Source: Muribaculaceae bacterium (lineage in GTDB: Bacteria; Bacteroidota; Bacteroidia; Bacteroidales; Muribaculaceae). From it: DNA of 64,000 nucleotides. The translations under genes and the position numbers were made by a program. The notes under the pieces were generated by a model. That model saw only the letters and a list, made by a program, of their open reading frames with translations, made no database searches and was not told the DNA's origin. Of this stretch, positions 55,501-64,000 are shown one piece after another; within the stretch, counting starts at the first letter, position 1, and each line of letters opens with the position of its first letter. The stretch lies in contig JAFLTV010000004.1 in NCBI GenBank assembly GCA_022509105.1, forward strand, positions 5,225-69,224. The letters run 5' to 3'.

Positions 55501-56301
55501 TCAATAGTCATCATTTTCACGTCTTGGTAGCGCTGCGAGCTTCATGTCATGGCCCTCGATAAAGAGAATAATCGCTTCTTTTTCCGGGGTATTTTCCACG
55601 TCATCCTTTATTCTTCTTAAAGCGTTGAAGGTGGATGTGCCGGTCTGATAGATATGACGATAACATTTGGCTATTTCATCAATGATTTCATCAGGTTTCT
55701 TGGCCTTTTTTAAGACGTAGGAATTCACTCCAAAATATGTGATAGGATTATGAGCCATCACAGTATAAGGGGGAACATTACCGTTTACCCGGGTTCCTCC
55801 CTTTATAAGAACCCAGTCTCCTACATGATATTTTTCATGCACCAATGCATTGGAGGAAAGAATTGTGTAATTGCCAATCTTAACATCGCCTGCAACTTTA
55901 ACGGCATTTCCCAAAACACAATAATTGCCAATTTCAGTGTCATGACCGATATGGGTCTGAGCCATAATAAAAGAGTTGCTTCCGATTTTGGTTGCACTTT
56001 CTTTTCTTATGCCTCTGTTGATGATCACTTGTTCCCGGATTTTATTATTATCGCCAATAATCACATAGGATTCTTCTCCTTTCCAGCGGAAATCTTGAGG
56101 AGTGGCCGCTATTATGGCGTTTTCAAAAATTTCATTATTTTTCCCTATTCGTGAACCGGAAAGTATGCTGGCATGAGGATGAATATGGCAATCATCTCCT
56201 ATTTCTACATTTTTATCAATAAATGCGAAAGCATCTATTTTTACATTTGAACCCAATTTGGCTTCAGGATGTACATAAGCGAGAGGACTGATTTCTGACA
56301 T
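55501..56301 (-). CDS. LpxA-like left-handed beta-helix acyltransferase (divergent paralog)
   Basis: Hexapeptide repeats, PQD, IRE.V.INRG, HIGHD catalytic motif, VPPY and a helical C-terminal domain; several acceptor-site residues differ from canonical LpxA. Confidence 0.85.
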   Translation of the reverse strand: MSEISPLAYVHPEAKLGSNVKIDAFAFIDKNVEIGDDCHIHPHASILSGSRIGKNNEIFENAIIAATPQDFRWKGEESYVIIGDNNKIREQVIINRGIRKESATKIGSNSFIMAQTHIGHDTEIGNYCVLGNAVKVAGDVKIGNYTILSSNALVHEKYHVGDWVLIKGGTRVNGNVPPYTVMAHNPITYFGVNSYVLKKAKKPDEIIDEIAKCYRHIYQTGTSTFNALRRIKDDVENTPEKEAIILFIEGHDMKLAALPRRENDDY

Positions 56302-56320
56302 GGTAATGAGTTTTAAGTAA

Positions 56321-57700
56321 TTATCGGCCGCCGCCCACTGCTTGATAAAGCGATATCAAAGCTGAAGCACGGTCATGCCAGTTAGTGATGCAACTTAATT
56401 GGGCTTGAAGCAAGCTTGATCGTGCAGTCAATACCTCGAGATAAGTGGTAGACTGATTATAAAGGAACAGCTCGTTGGTGTAATCTACTGATTTTTCAAG
56501 CTGATCTACCTGCAGTTGCAGATATTTGTTTTGCTCCACACCTTTGTTATAGGCTACAAGAGCGTCGCTGACATCGGCACTTGCAGTCAAGACTCCATAT
56601 TCAAAATTATGAAGAGCCAGTTTTTGTTGTGCCTTGGCAGCTTCAAGAGTGGCTATATTTACGCCGCGGGAGAAAATAGGAGCCGTGATAGAGCCGGCAA
56701 GCTGGATAAACCAATCGCCGGGGTTCTTGATTATAGATCCTAAAAGATTTGTGAATCCTCCCTGAGCGGAAATCACAATGCTTGGATAGAAGTTTGTCCT
56801 TGCGGAATTAGTGGTGTAGTAAGCCGCGGCCATGGATCTTTCCAATGCTCTGACGTCAGGTCGAGTGGCCAGATAGGAAATTGGAATTCCGTTCACAACT
56901 TCTTCCGGAATAGTGAATGTGAGATCTCCTGTGACGGCCCATTCTTGAGGATAAACATTCAGAAGAAGCGACAAAGTGTTCTGAAGTTGATTTATGGAAT
57001 TCTCAAGAGTTGGGATTGTGCTCATTATATTATAATAATTTGCCCGGCTTTGCACAACTGCAGCCTCATTGGTTCTTCCGGCATTCTTGAGTAATTCCAT
57101 CGTTTCCACTTGCTCTTTCCAAATTTCGGAAGTACGCTTAGACAAACCAAGCTGTTGATGAAGCATAACTAAGGAGTAATAAACACTGGCCACTCCACAA
57201 ACAATCTGCGAATGAACTGCCTGCTCATAATCCTGCATCAGTTCCACGTTCACCTGGGCTCCGCGTTTCTTGTTCAGAAGTTTGGCAAAAGCGTCTATTT
57301 CCCAGGCAGCTGCAAGCGGCAATGTATAACTCCAATTCATATGGCTGCCTCCATAGCTTGCAGATCCTCCGTTCGGACTGAAAGTGACAGAAGGGAAATA
57401 ACTGAGTTTGGCACCTTTGAGCTGTGCGTTGGCTATGTCAATGTTAAGACGTGCATTTTCCAGGTCTTTGTTATTTGCAAGCGCGGTTTCTATATATCCC
57501 TGCAAAATAGTATCTTGAAATATTTGTTTCCATCCAAGATAGGGCAGAGTGGTGGAATCCGGCTGCAATTCAAGCGCCTTGGCATATTCTTCCACCAAGG
57601 GACTCTCATCCTTGGGAAGTTCATATTTCTTATAAAGCTGGCAACCTGTCAGAGCGAATGCAAAAAGAGCTAAAACGCTATATTTAATTATCTTTTTCAT
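56321..57700 (-). CDS. Efflux outer-membrane factor lipoprotein (OprM/NodT-TolC family)
   Basis: LTGC lipobox; ALANNKDL, WEID.F, RPDV..LE, YLEVL.A and LYQAVGGGR motifs. Confidence 0.93.
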   Translation of the reverse strand: MKKIIKYSVLALFAFALTGCQLYKKYELPKDESPLVEEYAKALELQPDSTTLPYLGWKQIFQDTILQGYIETALANNKDLENARLNIDIANAQLKGAKLSYFPSVTFSPNGGSASYGGSHMNWSYTLPLAAAWEIDAFAKLLNKKRGAQVNVELMQDYEQAVHSQIVCGVASVYYSLVMLHQQLGLSKRTSEIWKEQVETMELLKNAGRTNEAAVVQSRANYYNIMSTIPTLENSINQLQNTLSLLLNVYPQEWAVTGDLTFTIPEEVVNGIPISYLATRPDVRALERSMAAAYYTTNSARTNFYPSIVISAQGGFTNLLGSIIKNPGDWFIQLAGSITAPIFSRGVNIATLEAAKAQQKLALHNFEYGVLTASADVSDALVAYNKGVEQNKYLQLQVDQLEKSVDYTNELFLYNQSTTYLEVLTARSSLLQAQLSCITNWHDRASALISLYQAVGGGR

Positions 57701-57739
57701 TTCACGAAGGTGAATGTTAATGATCTTATCAAATAAATA

Positions 57740-60700
57740 TTATTGATGGTCGATTGAATATTGTTCCAATTCAGAAGATATAGCTTCCGTGTCGGTTTTC
57801 TTAAGCCTGAGCGGTGTGATCTTCTCTTGAAGAGCCTGGAAGGCTATGAAGAGAGCCGGAACTATTAGCACTTGCAGAATCATACCTATCAACATACCGC
57901 CAACAGCACCGGAACCTAAAGCCTGGTTACCATTCTTGCCCGCGCCATGTGCAAACATCATCGGGAGCAAACCGATAATCATCGCCAAAGAGGTCATAAG
58001 AATCGGACGTAGACGGGCAACTGCACCGGCTATGGCAGCCTTGGTTATTCCCATGCCGGTCTTTCTGCGATCAAGAGCGAACTCTACGATAAGAATCGCA
58101 TTTTTAGCCAAAAGACCGATAAGCATGATGAGTGCGATCTGCAGATAAATGTTGTTTGCTATATCCATCATATGAGCAAATACGAAAGTTCCCATAAGAC
58201 CGAATGGAACTGAAAGAATCACAGCCCATGGCAAGAGATAACTTTCATATTGAGCCGACAAAATCAAATAAACGAAAAGTAACACAAGAGCGAACACATA
58301 TCCCGTAGAGCCGCTTGATCCGGAAGCCTCTTCACGCGTCATGCCGGAATATTCAAAACCAAAACCTTGCGGAAGAGTGGCCTGGGCAATATTATTTATC
58401 GTTTCAATAGCAACACCTGATGAAACGCCCGGAGCCGGGGTTCCCGTGATTGAGATTGCTGTAAACATATTAAAACGGTCGATCATATCAGGTCCATAGA
58501 CTCTTGTCAGTTTCACGAAATTGTCTATCGGGGCCATTTCCACACCGTTTCTTATCTTGATTTGTTTCAATGTTTCCGGAGATACACGCGCATCGGGAGT
58601 GGCCTGCATCATCACACGATAAAGTTTTCCGAAACTATTGAAGTTTGAAATATACATACCGCCGTAATAGCCTTGCAGGGCCGAAAGAATGGCGTTTTGG
58701 GTCAATCCGGCTTGTTTCACTTTTGCCACATCTATTTCAACCATATACATAGGGAATGTCGGGTTGAAGTTTGAATATGCCATCTGGATGGCAGGATCGG
58801 CATTCAATGCAGCTACAAATTTCTGATATACTTCAAAAAATTTATTGAGGTCGCCGCCGGTCTTATCCTGAAGTTTGATTTCAAAACCGTTGGTGGCTGA
58901 ATAACCGGAAATCATCGGAGGTTGGAAGAACATGATGCGCGCGTCTTTTATTGCTCCCGTCATCATGAACAACTGTCCGAGAATAGCGGATGCGCTTTCA
59001 GTGTTCTCATCACGTTGGTCCCATGGCTTCAATTTGATGATGAAAGAACCATAGGTGTTACCTTGACCGCCGACAAAGCTGTAACCCGTGATAGCAGTTC
59101 GGCTTGAAACAGCCGGAATCGTGCCGATAATGCTGTCAACTTGATTCATGATGCTCTGGGTCTTCTCCTGAGATGTGGCCGGAGGGAGAGTAACGGCACC
59201 CATTATAGTACCCGTGTCTTCATTAGGAACTAAGGCTGTCGGGGTTATGGACATAAAGATAGCCAGACCTCCGATTGCGGCTGCAACAACAGCAAAACTT
59301 ATCACCTTATGGTTGCAGAAGAATTGTACGACAACTCGATAACCCTTCAACAATTTGGCGAATACATTATTAAATGCATTAATAAACGATTTCGTAAAGA
59401 TTCCGATTAACGCTACCACGGCTGTGCAAACTGCTATAACTCCTTCAGCCGTATTTTCAAACATATACCAGCCTAAAACAAGGAAAACAATAGCCGCACA
59501 AAGGAAAATGAAGGTAATGATAGGCGGGAATGTGAAACGTTTCTTGTAGCTTTCCACCATTGTTTTCCCGGCCTCTTTATAAGCTTCTCCCATTCTTTCC
59601 TTGAGAGTGGAATGGTCATCATGGCCTTTTAGGAATATGGCACAAAGAGCCGGAGAGAGGGTCAAAGCGTTGATAGCCGACAAACCGATTGCCATAGCCA
59701 TCGTAAGACCAAACTGTCGATAGAAAATACCCGAAGTGCCCCCTAAGAATGAAACCGGGATAAACACAAGCATCATTACCAGAGTGATGGAAATAAGTGC
59801 TCCGGCAATTTCATTCATGGCATCGATTGAAGCTTTTCTGGCGGATTTATAGCCTTGGTCGAGCTTGGCATGCACCGCCTCGACCACCACTATGGCATCA
59901 TCCACCACAATGGCAATGGCAAGAACCAATGCTGAAAGCGTTAAAAGGTTGAGTGTAAATCCGAAGATAAAAAGCAAGAAGAATGTGCCGACCAAAGCCA
60001 CAGGAATTGCAATCATCGGAATGATGGTCGAACGGAAGTCTTGCAGGAAGATGAACACTACCAGGAACACGAGGATAAAAGCCTCGATAAGAGTTTTGAT
60101 AACTTCATGAATAGAGGCATAAAGGAAGTCGTTAACACTCATGGTTGTTACAAGAACCATTCCTGCCGGCAAGGTTTTCCTTGCCTCGTCCATGAGCTTT
60201 TCAATATCCTTGATTACCTGGGTTGCATTCGAACCGGCCGACTGGAATATAATGGCTGAACTACCGATATGTCCATTGTTCAGGTTGGAAAAACCGTATG
60301 TCAAACGGCCTAATTCAACGTCGGCAACATCTTTTAATCTCAAGATCTCTCCATCCGGTGTGGCCCTTAAAATTATATCTTCAAATTCAGAACTTTCCTG
60401 CAAACGCCCTTTATATCGGAGCACATATTGGAAGCTTTGATTTCCTTGTTCACCAAATTGACCGGGAGCTGCCTCTATATTTTGTTCTGCCAAAGCGGCG
60501 GTAATGTCTGAAGGCATTAGTTTATATTGCGCCATAACATCCGGCTTAAGCCAGATACGCATTGAATAGTCGGCACCGAAAGCCATTGCTTCACCAACAC
60601 CCGAAACGCGCTTTATTTGGGGAAGAATATTTATTGACATATAGTTGTCAATAAACTGTGTGGTGTATTTGTCTTCCGGATCATACATACCGATAACCAT

Positions 60701-61114
60701 AAGCATCGAAGTCTGACGCTTCTGAGTGATTACGCCCACCTGGTTTACTTCCGAGGGCAGGAATGAGGCGGCTTTTGCCACACGGTTTTGAACGTCTACG
60801 GCTGCTATATCCGGGTCTGTGCCTTGTTTGAAATAAACCTGAATTGAGGCGCTGCCGTTGTTTGTGGCTTCTGAAAACATATAATCCATATTCTCAGCGC
60901 CGTTAATTTGTTCTTCAAGAGGAGCAATCACAGAATTCAACACTGTCTGGGCATTCGCTCCGGTATAGGTGGTGCTTACACGAATTGTAGGTGGCGCTAT
61001 GTCGGGATATTGTTCAATCGGCAAACTGAACAAACCAAGAAGACCGAAGATTACGATAAAAATCGAAATCACGGTTGAAAGCACCGGCCTGTTTATAAAA
61101 TTATCAAGTTTCAT
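57740..61114 (-). CDS. RND (AcrB/HAE1) efflux permease with two additional TM helices
   Basis: FINRPV, LPIEQYPDIAPP, AIVVDDAIVVVE, GLLAKNAILIVE and RLRPILMTS motifs; 1124 aa. Confidence 0.95.
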   Translation of the reverse strand: MKLDNFINRPVLSTVISIFIVIFGLLGLFSLPIEQYPDIAPPTIRVSTTYTGANAQTVLNSVIAPLEEQINGAENMDYMFSEATNNGSASIQVYFKQGTDPDIAAVDVQNRVAKAASFLPSEVNQVGVITQKRQTSMLMVIGMYDPEDKYTTQFIDNYMSINILPQIKRVSGVGEAMAFGADYSMRIWLKPDVMAQYKLMPSDITAALAEQNIEAAPGQFGEQGNQSFQYVLRYKGRLQESSEFEDIILRATPDGEILRLKDVADVELGRLTYGFSNLNNGHIGSSAIIFQSAGSNATQVIKDIEKLMDEARKTLPAGMVLVTTMSVNDFLYASIHEVIKTLIEAFILVFLVVFIFLQDFRSTIIPMIAIPVALVGTFFLLFIFGFTLNLLTLSALVLAIAIVVDDAIVVVEAVHAKLDQGYKSARKASIDAMNEIAGALISITLVMMLVFIPVSFLGGTSGIFYRQFGLTMAMAIGLSAINALTLSPALCAIFLKGHDDHSTLKERMGEAYKEAGKTMVESYKKRFTFPPIITFIFLCAAIVFLVLGWYMFENTAEGVIAVCTAVVALIGIFTKSFINAFNNVFAKLLKGYRVVVQFFCNHKVISFAVVAAAIGGLAIFMSITPTALVPNEDTGTIMGAVTLPPATSQEKTQSIMNQVDSIIGTIPAVSSRTAITGYSFVGGQGNTYGSFIIKLKPWDQRDENTESASAILGQLFMMTGAIKDARIMFFQPPMISGYSATNGFEIKLQDKTGGDLNKFFEVYQKFVAALNADPAIQMAYSNFNPTFPMYMVEIDVAKVKQAGLTQNAILSALQGYYGGMYISNFNSFGKLYRVMMQATPDARVSPETLKQIKIRNGVEMAPIDNFVKLTRVYGPDMIDRFNMFTAISITGTPAPGVSSGVAIETINNIAQATLPQGFGFEYSGMTREEASGSSGSTGYVFALVLLFVYLILSAQYESYLLPWAVILSVPFGLMGTFVFAHMMDIANNIYLQIALIMLIGLLAKNAILIVEFALDRRKTGMGITKAAIAGAVARLRPILMTSLAMIIGLLPMMFAHGAGKNGNQALGSGAVGGMLIGMILQVLIVPALFIAFQALQEKITPLRLKKTDTEAISSELEQYSIDHQ

Positions 61115-61167
61115 GATTTTTATCTATTGTGAGATAGTTTGGGAGAGAGAATTATAAAGTCAGGATT

Positions 61168-62301
61168 TTATTTTTTAGGGTTGATTTTCATTCCGTCTTG
61201 CACAGTGATGCCTACTCCTTCTGTCACAATAACATCTCCTGGTTGCAGACCGGAAGTGACTATATAATTTTTACCGTCATTCTGTGGCGCGATAGTGATA
61301 GGACGTGAATGAACGATAGCGGAGTCGCCCACCACATATACAAACTTCATGTCTTGAACTTCGTAGGTGGCGTTCTGAGGTATTTCTATTGTAGCGTTAT
61401 GTATCACAGGCATCAGGATATTTCCTGTATTTCCGCTATGAAGCATACCGTCGGGGTTGGGGAAGATGGCTTTTGCCTGTGCGCTACCTGTAGCCGGGTC
61501 TATAACGCCTGAGATAGCTGTGATTTTTCCTTTATAAGGATAAACGTTGCCTGTTGCCAGTTGCAATGAAACTTCAGGGAGTGAATCTATGGCTTGTCTC
61601 AGAGTTCTTCTCCCATTGTCAGTTAGCTCTATCAAAGTTTTCTCATTTAGAGAAAAATAGGCAATCATGTCAGAATTATTGGAAAGGGTAGTCAATAAGG
61701 TGGAAGGAGACACCAATGTTCCCTCTTTAAAAGGAATTGTGCCTATGATACCTGCCACGGGAGCTGTTACATTAGTGTAAGAAAGGTTCTTTTTTGCCGA
61801 AACCAACGCAGCCTGAGCCTGGCTTAGCTGTGCTTTGGCTGCATTAAGGCCGTCTACTGATGTCTGATAAGCTGAGGAGCTTATAATATTCTTATCAAGC
61901 AATATTTTATTGTTTTCAGCATTCGTTTTGGCGGTGTTGACATTGGCTTGAGCCACTGCCACAGCAGCTTCAGCCTGGTCTACTGCAGCTTGCAATTGCA
62001 CTGCGTCGATTGTAAACAGGGTTTGTCCTTTGCTGACTCTCTGACCGTTGTCTACTAAAACTTTAGTAAGGAATCCTGTTACTTGCGGACGAATCTCTAC
62101 ATCGTTTTCGCCTTCAAGAGTGGCCGGGATGGCAGATTCAAGATTGGCGTCGGTTTCACTCACGGTTAAGACAGCTAATTGTGGAGCTTGCTGTGCCGCT
62201 CCGGCCTGTTGCTGTTGCTGATTCTTGTCGCCGCAAGAGGAAATTAAAGCAGTTCCAATGACAATTGACAATGCGTAAGCATTGAATTTCTTAAGATTCA
62301 T
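61168..62301 (-). CDS. Efflux RND periplasmic adaptor (MFP) lipoprotein
   Basis: ISSC lipobox; VEIRPQVTG, lipoyl/hairpin pattern, APVAG, FPNPDG.L and SGLQPGD motifs. Confidence 0.93.
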   Translation of the reverse strand: MNLKKFNAYALSIVIGTALISSCGDKNQQQQQAGAAQQAPQLAVLTVSETDANLESAIPATLEGENDVEIRPQVTGFLTKVLVDNGQRVSKGQTLFTIDAVQLQAAVDQAEAAVAVAQANVNTAKTNAENNKILLDKNIISSSAYQTSVDGLNAAKAQLSQAQAALVSAKKNLSYTNVTAPVAGIIGTIPFKEGTLVSPSTLLTTLSNNSDMIAYFSLNEKTLIELTDNGRRTLRQAIDSLPEVSLQLATGNVYPYKGKITAISGVIDPATGSAQAKAIFPNPDGMLHSGNTGNILMPVIHNATIEIPQNATYEVQDMKFVYVVGDSAIVHSRPITIAPQNDGKNYIVTSGLQPGDVIVTEGVGITVQDGMKINPKK

Positions 62302-62391
62302 ATCTTCTATATTTTATCCTTGTGATGTTTAGTTTTCGATAATCCGGAGAAGGGACATCTGTAGTAATTTCCCTTTTATTCCAAATTAGTG

Positions 62392-62399
62392 CAAATTTA
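62392..62399 (-). promoter_or_regulatory. Sigma-A -7 element (TAAATTTG) of the efflux operon
   Basis: Reverse complement of CAAATTTA, about 90 nt upstream of the MFP start. Confidence 0.6.
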
Positions 62400-62414
62400 A
62401 TGAATTTTATGATA

Positions 62415-62440
62415 AAAACTGAAAAATAATTTTCAGTTTT
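62415..62440. promoter_or_regulatory. Perfect 11-bp inverted repeat (candidate operator)
   Basis: AAAACTGAAAA-ATAA-TTTTCAGTTTT, lying over the expected -33 region of the efflux promoter. Confidence 0.5.
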
Positions 62441-62475
62441 CAATTTTCATTTTCAATTTTTTTCCAAATTTTGAT

Positions 62476-62512
62476 AATAAAAAAGAGACACTGTCTTTTA
62501 CAATGTCTCTTT
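62476..62512 (-). terminator. Intrinsic terminator after ftsH
   Basis: AAAGAGACA/TGTCTCTTT stem with a T-run following on the minus strand. Confidence 0.65.
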
Positions 62513-62542
62513 AAACAATTTTTTGATTGATTCTCCTCTGTA

Positions 62543-64000
62543 TCAGTTTAAATTAAAAGGAGGAGGAGTGTCATCATCTTTTTGATCATCTGCCTTTGAA
62601 GAAGAGCTTTCAGGATTCTGTAAAGAGTCTTTTTCCTGCGAAGGAGCCTCTTTCACCAATGTGTCTGTCTCTTGTCCCTTAACTTCCTTGGCTTTTACTT
62701 CAGAAGCTTTTTGAAGCTTTCTCTTCTCTTCTTCTTTACGGTTGATTTCCATGATTTCATCAGTTCTTGATTTCCATTTTCTGGGACCAAGAATGATTTC
62801 AACATCGTCATGGAAAATCACTTCTCTTTCCACGAGCAGATCACGAATGTTGTTGTGTTCTTTCGCGAATTCCCTTAGAATTTGTTTTGCCCTCTCGTAT
62901 TGCTCATTCACAATTCTTTTCACCTCTTCATCAATGATTTTGGCGGTTTCATCGGAATAGGGTTTGGTAAATCCGTATTCCTGTCCGGTTGAATCATAAT
63001 AATTCAGGTTTGGCAATCTGTCGCTCATTCCATACACAAGCACCAGGGCACGAGCTATCTTAGTGCATCTCTCAAGGTCGTTGCTGGCTCCGGTGCCTAC
63101 CTGACCAAGAAATACATCTTCAGCCGCACGTCCGCCAAGAAGACCGCACATGGAATCAAGAAGGGCCTGAGTCGGGACAATCTGACGGGCTTCCGGTGCA
63201 TACCAGGCGGCACCGAGGGCTCTTCCTCGCGGAACAATTGTTACCTTTACCAAAGGATCTCCGTATTGAGTGAGCCAACCGATAACAGCATGACCTGCCT
63301 CATGAGTGGCAATTGAGAATTTTTCATCATCAGTGATTATGCGCGAACGCTTTTCAAGTCCTCCGACTATTCTGTCTATCGCAGCCATGAAGTCATCCCA
63401 ATCAACCGATTGTTTATTGTTTCTTGCAGCAATCAGAGCTGCTTCATTACATACATTAGCAATGTCGGCTCCCGAGAATCCCTGGGTCTGACGTGCCAAT
63501 TGTTCGATATCAAGCTTGCTGTTGACTTTTATTCTACGGAGATGGACGTTAAAAATCTCCATTCTGTCTGTAAGTTCCGGAAGGTCAACAAATATCTGAC
63601 GGTCGAAACGTCCGGGTCTGAGGAGTGCTTTATCGAGCATATCCGCACGGTTTGTGGCGGCTAAAATTATAACTCCGTTATTTGAACCGAAACCGTCCAT
63701 TTCTGTTAGCATCTGGTTGAGGGTGTTTTCGCGTTCATCATTGGAACCCATGTTCGGATTTTTGCCACGAGCCCTACCAACCGCATCAATTTCATCGATG
63801 AAAACTATACAGGGTGCTTTCTCTTTTGCCTGCTTGAAAAGGTCACGCACGCGTGCTGCACCGACACCCACAAACATCTCTACGAAATCAGAACCTGACA
63901 TTGAAAGGAACGGCACATTAGCTTCTCCGGCAACTGCTTTTGCCAGAAGGGTCTTACCTGTTCCCGGAGGGCCTACCAACAAGGCTCCCTTCGGAATTTT
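62543..64000 (-). CDS. ftsH: ATP-dependent zinc metalloprotease FtsH, N-terminus outside the window
   Basis: [46 protein letters not shown] and HEAGH motifs. Confidence 0.97.
   Translation of the reverse strand, partial: KIPKGALLVGPPGTGKTLLAKAVAGEANVPFLSMSGSDFVEMFVGVGAARVRDLFKQAKEKAPCIVFIDEIDAVGRARGKNPNMGSNDERENTLNQMLTEMDGFGSNNGVIILAATNRADMLDKALLRPGRFDRQIFVDLPELTDRMEIFNVHLRRIKVNSKLDIEQLARQTQGFSGADIANVCNEAALIAARNNKQSVDWDDFMAAIDRIVGGLEKRSRIITDDEKFSIATHEAGHAVIGWLTQYGDPLVKVTIVPRGRALGAAWYAPEARQIVPTQALLDSMCGLLGGRAAEDVFLGQVGTGASNDLERCTKIARALVLVYGMSDRLPNLNYYDSTGQEYGFTKPYSDETAKIIDEEVKRIVNEQYERAKQILREFAKEHNNIRDLLVEREVIFHDDVEIILGPRKWKSRTDEIMEINRKEEEKRKLQKASEVKAKEVKGQETDTLVKEAPSQEKDSLQNPESSSSKADDQKDDDTPPPFNLN

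Overview
This is a Bacteroidales chromosomal window (Muribaculaceae-like, by inference from gene content, TAnnTTTG promoters and a T9SS-type C-terminal domain). Bases 1-14.8 kb are an accessory locus of at least eight tandem type V pilus (FimA/Mfa-type) genes: a 5'-truncated Mfa2/FimB-like anchor, four Mfa1-like stalk pilins, one small minor pilin and two large tip-like pilins. The locus shows in-frame tandem duplications, steps in GC content inside genes and a candidate beta-sandwich module that recurs in two pilins, and it is followed directly by an AAA-ATPase/PD-(D/E)XK gene. The remainder is mostly housekeeping: apbE; a minus-strand run holB-NTP transferase-galE-DJ-1-yigZ-serB-patatin; an AddB-like nuclease; a stand-alone GH2 with a T9SS-like tail; rpsO, yicC, gmk, nadD and an M18 peptidase; tig-clpP-clpX-recQ; three PPIases, an OstA-like gene and mutL; LysM and porin genes; and ftsH (truncated by the window end). 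Between ftsH and cdsA lies a tightly linked MFP-RND-OMF-LpxA-like-cdsA unit whose RND pump has two extra TM helices and whose acyltransferase has altered acceptor-site residues. I saw no rRNA, tRNA, CRISPR array, integrase, transposase or reverse transcriptase. All calls come from reading motifs by eye, with no database searches.
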